DNA of 45,394 bases from an uncultured Thermoanaerobaculia bacterium (GTDB lineage Bacteria; Acidobacteriota; Thermoanaerobaculia; Gp7-AA8). Positions 6,914 to 16,247 of this stretch are shown here, one piece after another. How positions within the stretch are numbered: position 1 is the stretch's first letter; the number at the start of each line of letters is the position of its first letter. The position numbers and the translations under genes are program-made. A model generated the notes under the pieces. That model made no database searches, had not been told where the DNA came from, and saw nothing but the letters and a program-made list of their open reading frames with translations. The stretch is taken from positions 1 to 45,394 of the forward strand of contig CAZKID010000003.1 in assembly GCA_964552405.1 (NCBI GenBank), in the 5' to 3' direction.

Positions 6914-9094
6914 TCATGCCGTAGCGTGGCGGCCTGTGTTGTAGCGCCGCTCGACGCGGATCACACCATCCACCACGCCGATCGACTTGGTCACCTTCTC
7001 CAGGTGCTTGAGGTCGGCAATCTCCAGCGCAAGATCGATCGTCGCACGTCCGTCTCCCGTTCGCGTCTCGAGATGACGAATGTTCGTCTTCAAATTCGAG
7101 ATCGTCGAGATGACTCGCGCCAGTATCCCCTGACGATCCTCCGCGACGACCTCCAGCTCGACCTGGAATTGGCTCTGCCGCTGGTCGGCCCATTCGACCT
7201 CGATCTCGCGGTCGGGGTTGAACATCAGATTCTTCACGTTCGGACAATTCGCGCTGTGAACCGCCACACCCTTGCCTCTCGTGACGTAACCGACAATCGG
7301 CTCCCCCGGTAGCGGATTGCAGCACTTAGCTAGATACGTCAGCAAATCGTCATAGCCGCGTACTTTGATCGTCTGCGATGACGACGTGAACGGGAAAATC
7401 CTGCGAACCGCCTGCTGCAGCACACCCGCTTCCGCAGCCGGTCCCTTTTCCTTCACCTCATCCGTCGCGAATCGCTCGACGACCGATCTTGCGGAGACCT
7501 TGCCGTAGCCGACATCCGCGTAGAGATCGTCGAGGCGCGCGAGTCCATGCTCGGAAAGCACCCCATCGAGGGCGTTCTCCGCGACGAGCTTGCGCCACTG
7601 CACTTTGTATCGCTTCGACTCTTTTTCGATCAGCTTCCGCCCAAGCTCGATCGAACGATGCTTCTGTTCCGTATTCAGCCAGTGACGGATCTTGTGCCGC
7701 GCGCGCGAGGTCACCGCGATGTTCAGCCATTCGCGGCTCGGCGTCTGCGAGCTGCCCTGCAGGATGTCGACGATGTCGCCGTTCTTCAGCGGTGTCCTGA
7801 GTGGCACCAGCTTCCCGTTCACACGTGCGCCCACGCAGCGGTGGCCCACGTCTGTGTGGATGCGGTACGCGAAGTCGAGCGGCGTCGCACCGCGCGGAAA
7901 TGCGAACACGTCGCCCTTCGGCGTGAATGTGTAGACCTCGTCAGGGTAGAGATCGATCTTCAGAGAATGAAGGAACAGCCGCGGATCCTTGATCTCCTGC
8001 TGCTGCTCGACGAGCTGCCGCAGCCAGAGAAAACTCTTGTCATCGTCGTGAGCACCGACTCGGCCTTCCTTGTACTTCCAGTGCGCCGCGATGCCCTGCT
8101 CCGCGATCAGATCCATCTCGCGCGTGCGGATCTGCACTTCGAACGGCTGACCCTTCTCCGCCACCACGGTCGTATGCAGAGACTGATAGAGGTTCGGCTT
8201 CGGCATCGCGATGTAGTCCTTGATGCGGCCCGGAACGGGACGCCACATCTGATGCACGAATCCGAGTGCGCCATAGCAATCCTTGATCGATGGCGTGATG
8301 ATGCGAAAGGCAAGGTAGTCGTAAACCTGACCGATGTCGGTCTCCTGCCTGCGCAACTTTGCCCAGATCGAGAACATCGACTTCACGCGCCCGTACACTT
8401 CGCAGTCGATCCCGTTCTCACGCAGCCTCAGCGCAAGGGTGTTCTTGATGCGATCGACGAGGTCGCCCGATACCGCGAGTTTCTCCGCCACCGTCTTCGA
8501 CAACTCGTCGTACTCGCGCGGATGCAGATGCTGCAGCGAGTAGTCCTCGAGCTCGGCTTTCACCTTGCCCATGCCGAGCCGGTTGGCGATCGGCGCGTAA
8601 ATCTCGAGGGTTTCTTTGGAAATCGCGTGGCGCCGCTCCTCCGGCAGGTACTGCAGCGTCCGCATGTTGTGCAGGCGATCCGCGAGCTTCACGAGCACGA
8701 CGCGAAGATCGCCGACCATTGCCAGCAACATCTTTCGAAATGTCTCGGCCTGCTGTTCTTCCTTCGAGACGTACGCGTAGCGCGAGATTTTCGTCACACC
8801 ATCGACGAGCTCCGCCACATCGTTGCCGAAGGTTTCCTGCAGCTTCTCTTTCGTGGTGAGCGTGTCTTCCAGCACGTCGTGCAGCAGTCCGACAGCAATC
8901 GACGTTTCGTCGAGCCGCATGTCCGCGAGAATGTACGCGACATTCAGCGGATGAATGAGATAGGGCTCGCCCGAGCTCCTCACCTGCCCGCGATGTTCGC
9001 GCGCTGAAAAGATGTAAGCGCGTTGAAGCAGCTCCTCGTCGTAATCGGGTTTGTAACTCTCGATCTTGTCGAGGATGTCTTCGAAGCGGATCAT
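6914..9094 (-). CDS. rel: Bifunctional (p)ppGpp synthetase/hydrolase, RelA/SpoT family
   Basis: Start MIRFEDILDKIESYKP.. HD hydrolase motifs (HRGQVRSSGEPYLIHPL, LLHDVLEDT), a synthetase domain, then TGS and C-terminal ACT-like parts. The 46 upstream codons of ORF 6914..9232 translate the intergenic repeat and are rejected. Confidence 0.92.
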   Translation of the reverse strand: MIRFEDILDKIESYKPDYDEELLQRAYIFSAREHRGQVRSSGEPYLIHPLNVAYILADMRLDETSIAVGLLHDVLEDTLTTKEKLQETFGNDVAELVDGVTKISRYAYVSKEEQQAETFRKMLLAMVGDLRVVLVKLADRLHNMRTLQYLPEERRHAISKETLEIYAPIANRLGMGKVKAELEDYSLQHLHPREYDELSKTVAEKLAVSGDLVDRIKNTLALRLRENGIDCEVYGRVKSMFSIWAKLRRQETDIGQVYDYLAFRIITPSIKDCYGALGFVHQMWRPVPGRIKDYIAMPKPNLYQSLHTTVVAEKGQPFEVQIRTREMDLIAEQGIAAHWKYKEGRVGAHDDDKSFLWLRQLVEQQQEIKDPRLFLHSLKIDLYPDEVYTFTPKGDVFAFPRGATPLDFAYRIHTDVGHRCVGARVNGKLVPLRTPLKNGDIVDILQGSSQTPSREWLNIAVTSRARHKIRHWLNTEQKHRSIELGRKLIEKESKRYKVQWRKLVAENALDGVLSEHGLARLDDLYADVGYGKVSARSVVERFATDEVKEKGPAAEAGVLQQAVRRIFPFTSSSQTIKVRGYDDLLTYLAKCCNPLPGEPIVGYVTRGKGVAVHSANCPNVKNLMFNPDREIEVEWADQRQSQFQVELEVVAEDRQGILARVISTISNLKTNIRHLETRTGDGRATIDLALEIADLKHLEKVTKSIGVVDGVIRVERRYNTGRHATA

Positions 9095-9110
9095 GGGAGT
9101 GCAAAAGAGT

Positions 9111-9201
9111 AGCAGAGTGCAGGCAGCAGGCAGCGGACAGCAGGAGGAGAAAACGATACGCGATCCTTCTGCCTGCGGTCTGCTGCCTGCTGCCTGCTGT
9201 C
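9111..9201. repeat. Long hairpin made of GCAG[GA]CA heptamers (family 1), in the divergent region upstream of relA/spoT
   Basis: Left arm ..TGCAGGCAGCAGGCAGCGGACAGCAGG (to 9144). Right arm CTGCCTGCGGTCTGCTGCCTGCTGCCTGCTGTCT (9169-9201). On the minus strand the hairpin is followed by ACTCTTTTGCACTCCC and then the relA ATG. Confidence 0.8.
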
Positions 9202-9279
9202 TAGGCTGGTCCGCCTCTTGCTGAGTCTCCATCTTCGAATCGGCGTCCGAGTGGATCGCCGCTACTTAAGGAGGTTGTC

Positions 9280-9633
9280 GTGAAGAAATCGCTGTTGGTT
9301 GTTTTCTTTCTCGTCGTGATCGCGGCGGTCCCGGCGTTCGCAGGGCCGATGCCGTCGAAGACCGCGCCGAATCAGAGCATTGATTCGCGCGCTGCGGATC
9401 TCGCGTTGATCCGCGATGTCGCGGCCAACGATCAGGTCGCTGCCGTCCTCACGCAGCACGGCTTCACCCAGGCGCAGGTCAATGACCGCCTGGCGCAGCT
9501 GTCGCCGCAGGATGTTCACCAGCTCGCCCAGAATCTGAACCAGCTGCAGGCCGCAGGTCTCACGCAGCAGGAATGGATCTGGATCGGGATCGGTGCACTC
9601 GCTGCTCTCGTCCTCGTCATCGCACTGTCGTGA
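9280..9633 (+). CDS. Small secreted, C-terminally membrane-anchored protein, possibly PA2779-family-like
   Basis: GTG start with AAGGAGG at 9268-9274. Signal peptide MKKSLLVVFFLVVIAAVPAFA. C-terminal TM segment WIWIGIGALAALVLVIAL. Its stop overlaps the next gene's GTG (GTGA). Confidence 0.7.
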   Translation: MKKSLLVVFFLVVIAAVPAFAGPMPSKTAPNQSIDSRAADLALIRDVAANDQVAAVLTQHGFTQAQVNDRLAQLSPQDVHQLAQNLNQLQAAGLTQQEWIWIGIGALAALVLVIALS

Positions 9634-10682
9634 ACGAACCGCGGTCTTCGTCTCGGGCGAGCAACTGGCTCGCCCGACTCGTCTCCACACTGCTGCCCGC
9701 TGCCTGCTGCCTGCTGACCGTCTCCTGCATCACCATCACGCCCCGCTCGCAGCATGCATCTCCGTCCGCCGTGGTCATCCCTGACGTGCCTCAACTGAAA
9801 TGGGGCATCGAGTCATGCGGCGCAGGTTCTCTCGCCACGGTGCTCCAACATTACGGCGAGACGACGAGCATGCAGACGTGGGATGCGTCGCTTCCCAAGA
9901 TGCGAGGCGGCGTCCTGACGATCGACTTACTCCTCGCGGCGCGCAGCAAGGGCTTCGACGCCACGCTCGTCACCGGCGACCGCGCACTCATCGAAAACGA
10001 ACTTCGCAACGGTCATCCCGCGATCCTGATGCTGCGTGTGATCGACTCCTTCGGCCGGCAGTTCGACTTCTTCCACTACATCGTCGTCGACGGACTCGAT
10101 GCCGAGCGCGGCCTGATCCGCACGCAGTTCGGCGATGCGAAGGCACGCTGGACGACCTTCGATCGCCTCGAGAAAGCCTGGGACGGAGGCGGTCACGCCG
10201 CGATCCTCATCCATCCACGCGATCCGGCCGCGTCCTTCCTTCGCGCAGCAGTCGCACTCGAGGAAAATGGCAACACTGCAGGCGCCGCATCGGAATACCG
10301 CAAGCTTCTCGCGCAGCACCCCGACTCCATCCTCGCCTGGACCAACCTCGGCAACGTCGAGATGAAGCTCGGTCATCGCAGCGAATCGGAAGAGGCATTT
10401 CGCCACGCGCTGAAACTCGACGCCGCATCGCGCGACGCACTCAACAACCTCGCGTGGCTGCTCCTCGAAGAAAAGAGGCTGCCCGAAGCCGAAACGTTCG
10501 CACGTGAGGCAGTGGCGCAGAAAGGGCCGGACACCTGGGTCGTGCTCGACACGCTCGCGCGCATACTCGCCGCAAAAGGCGATTGCAGCGAGGCGGCGAA
10601 GACGATGCAGGAAGCCCGCGCAACGATGCCTCCGCAGACGGAGTCAACGCCGATCTCCTGCACTGATACGATCGCGCGCTGA
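9630..10682 (+). CDS. Lipoprotein with a papain-like (C39-like) cysteine peptidase domain plus C-terminal TPR repeats, possibly PA2778-family-like
   Basis: Signal and lipobox LLPAACCLLTVSC. Catalytic-type Cys in ESCGAGSLATVLQHYG and His in FFHYIVVDGLD. TPR-like tail (AWTNLGNVEMKLGHRSESEEAFRHALKLD..). I chose the GTG at 9630, which overlaps the upstream stop; the ORF track start at 9573 lies inside the previous gene. Confidence 0.75.
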   Translation: MNEPRSSSRASNWLARLVSTLLPAACCLLTVSCITITPRSQHASPSAVVIPDVPQLKWGIESCGAGSLATVLQHYGETTSMQTWDASLPKMRGGVLTIDLLLAARSKGFDATLVTGDRALIENELRNGHPAILMLRVIDSFGRQFDFFHYIVVDGLDAERGLIRTQFGDAKARWTTFDRLEKAWDGGGHAAILIHPRDPAASFLRAAVALEENGNTAGAASEYRKLLAQHPDSILAWTNLGNVEMKLGHRSESEEAFRHALKLDAASRDALNNLAWLLLEEKRLPEAETFAREAVAQKGPDTWVVLDTLARILAAKGDCSEAAKTMQEARATMPPQTESTPISCTDTIAR

Positions 10683-11801
10683 ATGACCTTCTCACGCCGC
10701 GCGCATTGGAACGCGCCGTCGAATCGACTCGCGATTGCACGCGCTTCATGCTCGGGCCTGCTCGATCTGACGGAGTCGAATCCGACACGCGCGGGCATCG
10801 CATATCCGCTTGATGAGCTCAGCGAAGCATTCGCGCGTGCAGCCCGTGCTGCTTACGATCCGCATCCGCTCGGCATCCCCTCCGCGCGCGAAGCCGTCGC
10901 CCGTCACCTCCGATGCGATGCTGCGAATCTCGTCATTACGGCCAGCACCAGCGAAGCCTACGGATATCTGTTCAAGCTGCTGACCGATCCCGGCGACGCC
11001 GTGCTGACTGCCACGCCGTCGTATCCGCTCCTTGAACATCTGGCAACGCTCGAGTTGATCGAGCTGCGCTCGTTCCCGCTCGAGCTTCATCGCCGCTGGG
11101 AGATCGAATCGGCACACATCGAACAGGCGATGACGCCGCGCACGCGCGCGATCATCGTCGTCAATCCCAACAATCCGACCGGCTCGTACGTCGCGCCGCA
11201 GGAGCAGGAATCACTGGCTGCGTTCAATCGCCCGATCATTTCGGACGAAGTCTTCTTCGACTACGCGCTCGATGATTCCGGGCATCAGAGCCTGGTGCGC
11301 GACGACGTGCTGACGTTCACGCTTGGAGGTCTCTCGAAATCTGCCGGCCTGCCGCATCTGAAGCTCGGCTGGATTCGCGTGAGCGGGCCGGGCGCCGCGG
11401 ATGCGATCTCTGCGCTCGAGTTGATTGCCGACAATTACCTGTCGGTGTCCACTCCCGTGCAGGAGGCACTGCACGACCTGCTGCGCATCGGCCCGTCGAT
11501 TCGCGATGCGATCCGCGCACGGACACGCCTGAACCTCGACGTGCTCACGCGCGCGATCGAGCTCGCGCCGAGTGTGCGAATCCTGCCGGTCGAGGGCGGC
11601 TGGTCCGCAGTCCTTCGCATCCCCAGCATCGAGCCGGAAGAGGAGCTCGCTCTTCGTCTGATCGAACGGCATTCCGTCGCGGTCCATCCGGGATATTTTT
11701 TCGACTTCGAATCAGAGGGGCACCTCGTCGTGTCACTCCTGACTCGCCCCGACATCTTTGCCGAAGGAGTGCAACGGCTGGTTAGCCAAATCCCGCAATG
11801 A
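10683..11801 (+). CDS. PLP-dependent aminotransferase, class I/II fold
   Basis: NPTRAGIAYP.., VVNPNNPTGSY and LGGLSKSAGLPHLKLGW (PLP-lysine motif). The ATG immediately follows the upstream TGA. Confidence 0.8.
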   Translation: MTFSRRAHWNAPSNRLAIARASCSGLLDLTESNPTRAGIAYPLDELSEAFARAARAAYDPHPLGIPSAREAVARHLRCDAANLVITASTSEAYGYLFKLLTDPGDAVLTATPSYPLLEHLATLELIELRSFPLELHRRWEIESAHIEQAMTPRTRAIIVVNPNNPTGSYVAPQEQESLAAFNRPIISDEVFFDYALDDSGHQSLVRDDVLTFTLGGLSKSAGLPHLKLGWIRVSGPGAADAISALELIADNYLSVSTPVQEALHDLLRIGPSIRDAIRARTRLNLDVLTRAIELAPSVRILPVEGGWSAVLRIPSIEPEEELALRLIERHSVAVHPGYFFDFESEGHLVVSLLTRPDIFAEGVQRLVSQIPQ

Positions 11802-12964
11802 AACACCTCTGGCTTCTCGACCCCGGGATCACGTTCCTCAACCATGGTTCCTTCGGCGCCACGCCGCTCGCGATTCTCGCGAAGCAGGATGAGTTTCGCG
11901 CGCAGCTGGAACGCGAGCCGGTGCGATTCATGGTACGCGAGCTCGAGCCTCTCCTCGACGCCGCACGCCAGGAGCTCGCGAACTTCGTCGGTGCCGGGCC
12001 CGAGGACCTCGCGTTCGTACCGAATGCCACAGCCGGAATCAACGGCGTGCTCCGCTCGCTCGACCTCGACAAACACGACGAACTGCTGGTCACGAATCAG
12101 GAATACAACGCGACACGCAACGCGATCGAGTATGTCGCAGGCCTCGCTGGAGCCAAGGTCGCGGTCGCGGAGATCCCCTTCCCCATCGCGTCATCCGAGG
12201 CCGCGGTCGAGCGAATCATGGAGAAGGTCAGCGATCGCACGCGACTCCTCATCATCGACCACGTCACGAGTCAGACCGCGCTCGTCCTCCCCATCAAACG
12301 GATCATCGCCGAGCTGAAGTCACGCAACGTCGACGTCCTGGTCGATGGTGCCCACGCGCCCGGCATGCTGCCTTTGAACCTGCGCGAGCTCGATGCGGCG
12401 TACTACACGGCCAATCTTCACAAGTGGGTCTGCGCGCCGAAAGGCGCCGCTTTTCTCTACGCGCGCAAGAATCGCCGCCTCGGGCTTCGCCCCGTCGCGA
12501 TCAGCCACGGCGCGAACTCCACGCGCAGCGATCGAAGCCGCTATCACCTCGAGTTCGACTGGACCGGCACCTACGATCCTTCCGCCTGGCTCGCCTCGGC
12601 CGAGGCGATTCGCTACATGGCTTCGCTCGTCGATGGCGGATGGCTCGAAGTGATGAAGCACAATCGAAGCCTCGCACTTGCCGCGCGCGATCTTCTCTCT
12701 TCAGCGTTGCAGGTCGAGCATCCCGCGCCCGACGAGATGATCGGATCGATGGCGGCCATTCCACTGCCCGACGGCAACGCGCTTACAGCACCATCGCTCT
12801 ACGGCGATCCGCTGCAAGACACGTTGCTCTTCGAAGATCACATCGAAGTCCCGCTCGTGCCGTGGCCGCATCCGCCGAAGCGAATCCTGCGCGTCTCGGC
12901 GCAGCTCTACAACGAGCTCGCCGATTACGAACGACTTGCAGCAGCACTCACGAAGCGCTTGTAA
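11798..12964 (+). CDS. Class V-fold PLP-dependent enzyme, isopenicillin-N-epimerase / cysteine-desulfurase-like
   Basis: FLNHGSFGATP N-terminus and ANLHKWVCAPKGAAFLY (PLP-lysine region). ATGA overlap with the upstream gene. Confidence 0.8.
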   Translation: MKHLWLLDPGITFLNHGSFGATPLAILAKQDEFRAQLEREPVRFMVRELEPLLDAARQELANFVGAGPEDLAFVPNATAGINGVLRSLDLDKHDELLVTNQEYNATRNAIEYVAGLAGAKVAVAEIPFPIASSEAAVERIMEKVSDRTRLLIIDHVTSQTALVLPIKRIIAELKSRNVDVLVDGAHAPGMLPLNLRELDAAYYTANLHKWVCAPKGAAFLYARKNRRLGLRPVAISHGANSTRSDRSRYHLEFDWTGTYDPSAWLASAEAIRYMASLVDGGWLEVMKHNRSLALAARDLLSSALQVEHPAPDEMIGSMAAIPLPDGNALTAPSLYGDPLQDTLLFEDHIEVPLVPWPHPPKRILRVSAQLYNELADYERLAAALTKRL

Positions 12965-15362
12965 CGGAGAGAACCGCGCGCGCCAGAGCCTTCTCGAGAT
13001 CCTCGTGCCGTGTAGGCTTCGACAGGTAATCGTCCATGCCGGCCGCCAGACACTTTTCGCGATCGCCTTCCAACGCGTTCGCCGTCATCGCGATGATGCG
13101 GCGCCGCGTCCCATTCGCGTTGTCGCGCCGCCGGATCTCCATCGTCGCCTCGTAGCCATCCATCACAGGCATCTGACAATCCATGAGGATCACGTCGTAC
13201 GCCCCTCGCATCGCGGCCTCCAATGCTTCCTTCCCGTTGCCCACGGAATCAGCGTGGTAGCCGAGTTTCTCGAGTTGACTCATCGTCAGCTTGCGATTCA
13301 GGAAATTGTCTTCGGCCAGCAGCACGCGAATCGCCTTCCGCTCCTCAGCGGAGATCTCGCGGGGCGCCGGACGCTTGTCCTCCTGTTGCAGCGCAGCGAG
13401 CTTCACGAGCGGGATCGCGTCATGCGCAAGCGCTACGGTAATCGCATCGAAGAGCTCTGCCTGGCCAACCGGCTTGGCGATGAATGCCTGAATACCAGCC
13501 TCACGCAGCCGCTCCTGATTGATCTCGCGCGTATCGGAAGCAAGAAAAACCAGACTCGTTCCCGCGATCTCGCTTCGCGACGCGACCTCGCGCGCGAACG
13601 AGAGCGGATCCATGTCGTGCATGGTGTCGAACAGCACGAGGCGGTACGGATCACCCGCCGCCGTTTCGCGTCGCAGCGCGGCGATCACATCATCCGCAGA
13701 CTCCGCCTCGCCCACGCGCATCTCCCACGTCGTCTCGAGATAGTGCCGCACGATCTGACGGCTGGTCGGATAGTGATCGACGAGCATTACGCGCTTGCCA
13801 CGAAACTCGAGATCGCTCGAAACGATCGGGCGCCGCGCGCCGAGCTGCTTCGGAAACGGAACTGTGAACCAGAACGTCGACCCCGTCCCAATGGCCGATT
13901 CGACGTCGATGAGTCCGCCCATCGTCTCGACGAGTTGCCTTGCAGTTGCGAGCCCGAGGCCGATTCCGCTGAAGCGGCGTGTCGACGAAGAATCGATCTG
14001 CGAGAAACGCTCGAAGAGCAGCAGGCGATCCTCAGCCGAAATGCCCGGGCCGGTGTCGCGCACTTCGAACCGCAGCACTCGATGCGTTTCCGTCTCCGTC
14101 TGTTGTGAGACGGCGAGCACGATGTGCCCTTCCTCCGTGAACTTGATCGCGTTCTCCATCAAGTTCGTGATGACCTGACGCAAGCGTCCCTGATGTCCTC
14201 GCACGATCGATGGGATGGCCTTGTCCATCTCCATTCGAATGTCGAGGTCTTTGCCTAGCGCGCCGACCTGGAGGACCTCGACGATTCGCTGCAGCGTGCG
14301 CGGCAGATCGAAGTCGACCATCGCCGGGGCGAGACCGCCGGCCTCGAGGTTCGACACGTAGAGGATGTTGTTGACGATCGACAGCAACTCTTCCGCGCTG
14401 GATCGTGCCTGATGTGCATAGTCGCGCTGTGTCGGATCGAGGGAGGTCGACAGGAGCAGGTCGATCATCCCGACGATGCCGTTCATCGGCGTGCGGATCT
14501 CGTGGCTCACATTCGTGAGGAAGTGCGTCTTGAGTCTCGCCGCCTCGAGCGCAGCGTCACGCGCACTTCCGAGATCTGCCTCGAACTGCTTGCGCTCCGT
14601 GATGTCGCGAAACATCACGCGAATGAGCACCGGAACATCATCGATGAGCTTCGGATAGAGCGAGCCTTCGACATCGATGCGCCGCCCGGCGCTCGTCACG
14701 AAAATCGTCTCGACCGTCTGAGGATTGCCCGACGAGAACACTTCGCCGAACGCGCGCCGGAACGCCTCACGCGATTCGGGCTCGATCACGCGAGTGATGG
14801 CAGTCTTCTTCAGTTCTTCGAACGAGTAGCCGAGGATGCCGAACGTCGCCTCGTTCGCGTGCAGCAGCTTCCCTTCGGCGTTGATGCTCATCACGAATTC
14901 GGGGATGCGATCGAAGAAATCGCGGAAGCGTTCTTCGCTCTCGTCGATTCGCTCATCGAACACGAGGACGCGCGCCGCATAACGCGCAAGCGTACGCAGC
15001 AGCGCCGCCTGATCGTTCGCGACTTCGTGCGGTTGGGTGTCGAGGAGTGTCAAGGCGCCCAGAAAACGCCCGTCGTCGACGATGGGAGCGACCGCGGCGA
15101 AACGAATATGGGGCTGGCCCTTGACGAGCGGATGCGATGCGAGACGCCCATCGGACGTGGTGTCTCCAGCGATCACGACTTCTTGCGAATCCGCCACGAG
15201 CGCCGCGAATGAGCATGCACGCGGCAATGCCTCGATGTCCCAGCCGGAGATCGCGCGAACGCTCTCCTGTGCCGGCTCGAGCACTCCGATCAACGCCACC
15301 GGCGCCTTGAACAACCTGGCAGATTCAGCGGCGATCCCCTGCAACTCCGCCTTGCTGGACAT
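12948..15362 (-). CDS. Hybrid sensor histidine kinase/response regulator (GAF-PAS-HisKA-HATPase-REC-REC)
   Basis: H-box FLTNVSHEIRTPMNGIVGM. ATPase motifs (NLMENAIKFT, DTGPGI, GIGLGLA). The C-terminal receiver has ILMDCQMPVMDGYE. The 3' end overlaps the convergent aminotransferase gene by 17 nt. Confidence 0.9.
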   Translation of the reverse strand: MSSKAELQGIAAESARLFKAPVALIGVLEPAQESVRAISGWDIEALPRACSFAALVADSQEVVIAGDTTSDGRLASHPLVKGQPHIRFAAVAPIVDDGRFLGALTLLDTQPHEVANDQAALLRTLARYAARVLVFDERIDESEERFRDFFDRIPEFVMSINAEGKLLHANEATFGILGYSFEELKKTAITRVIEPESREAFRRAFGEVFSSGNPQTVETIFVTSAGRRIDVEGSLYPKLIDDVPVLIRVMFRDITERKQFEADLGSARDAALEAARLKTHFLTNVSHEIRTPMNGIVGMIDLLLSTSLDPTQRDYAHQARSSAEELLSIVNNILYVSNLEAGGLAPAMVDFDLPRTLQRIVEVLQVGALGKDLDIRMEMDKAIPSIVRGHQGRLRQVITNLMENAIKFTEEGHIVLAVSQQTETETHRVLRFEVRDTGPGISAEDRLLLFERFSQIDSSSTRRFSGIGLGLATARQLVETMGGLIDVESAIGTGSTFWFTVPFPKQLGARRPIVSSDLEFRGKRVMLVDHYPTSRQIVRHYLETTWEMRVGEAESADDVIAALRRETAAGDPYRLVLFDTMHDMDPLSFAREVASRSEIAGTSLVFLASDTREINQERLREAGIQAFIAKPVGQAELFDAITVALAHDAIPLVKLAALQQEDKRPAPREISAEERKAIRVLLAEDNFLNRKLTMSQLEKLGYHADSVGNGKEALEAAMRGAYDVILMDCQMPVMDGYEATMEIRRRDNANGTRRRIIAMTANALEGDREKCLAAGMDDYLSKPTRHEDLEKALARAVLSVTSAS

Positions 15363-15447
15363 TTCGGACCCGTATTCATTCTAACGCGCGAATTGGAGCA
15401 CTTCCTGCACCGGTCCCATCCGCCTGCAAAACTTTGTTGGAGGAACG

Positions 15448-16074
15448 ATGAAAAGGCAGTTACCCATATTTCTCGCAGCACTACTCGTAATCAGCACACT
15501 GGCGTGCAAGAAAAACGAGGAAACGACCACACTCAACGAAACGGCGAGCACGAGCACGACGGCCAGCGATACGTCCGGCACGACATCGACTTACGACACG
15601 AGCGGAACGACCACGACGTCGACAGCCGCCGCAAGCGTCGATCCTGCCGACCTGGACTTCATCACGAAGACCGCGCAAGGCGGCATGGCCGAAGTTCAGA
15701 TTTCAACGACTGCGCAATCGAAGGCGACCGATCCTTCGGTCAAAGCATTCGCGGACAAAATGGTCAGCGATCACTCGAAGGCGAACGATGAATTGAAACA
15801 ACTCGCCATGACGAAAGGCGTCACCCTTCCGGCGGATCTCGACGACGAGCACAAGAAAATCGCAGACGATCTCTCGAAGAAATCAGGCAAAGACTTCGAC
15901 AAGGCCTACATGAAGGCGATGGCCGACGATCACGAAAAGGTCGTCAAAGAATTCGAGAAGCAGTCGAAGGATGCCAGGGATGCCGACCTCAAAGCGTGGG
16001 CAGGAAAGACGCTGCCGGCGCTGCAGGAGCATTTGAAGATGGCGAAGGACACGGTTGCGAAAGTAAGAAAGTGA
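15448..16074 (+). CDS. DUF4142-family lipoprotein with a Thr/Ser-rich linker
   Basis: GGAGGA RBS. Lipobox ISTLAC. Two DUF4142-type repeats (FITKTAQGGMAEVQIS..DKMVSDHSKANDEL and FDKAYMKAMADDHEKVVKEFE). Confidence 0.8.
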   Translation: MKRQLPIFLAALLVISTLACKKNEETTTLNETASTSTTASDTSGTTSTYDTSGTTTTSTAAASVDPADLDFITKTAQGGMAEVQISTTAQSKATDPSVKAFADKMVSDHSKANDELKQLAMTKGVTLPADLDDEHKKIADDLSKKSGKDFDKAYMKAMADDHEKVVKEFEKQSKDARDADLKAWAGKTLPALQEHLKMAKDTVAKVRK

Positions 16075-16247
16075 CGAGTAGCGAGTGACGAGTGTTTGCC
16101 ATCACTCGTCACTCATCACTCGTCACTCATCACTCGTCACTCGTCACTCGTCACTCATCACTCGTCACTCGTCACTCATCACTCGTCACTCGTCACTCGT
16201 CACTCGTCACTCGTCACTCGTCACTCATCACTCATCACTCGTTACTC
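16071..16247. repeat. Heptamer microsatellite: 21 tandem [AG]TCACTC units, with a short inverted arm forming a hairpin
   Basis: I counted 21 head-to-tail units across 16101-16247 (ATCACTC/GTCACTC; the last is the degenerate GTTACTC). A complementary arm GTGACGAGTAGCGAGTGACGAGTG lies at 16071-16094. The stop codons of both convergent genes (TGA 16072-16074; TAA complement 16242-16244) lie inside the repeat. Confidence 0.95.

Noticed and set aside
16101-16247. Possible CRISPR array, given the regular short repeats.
   Set aside because: The units are 7 nt and directly abut with no spacers, and no cas genes are present. This is a microsatellite, not a CRISPR array.
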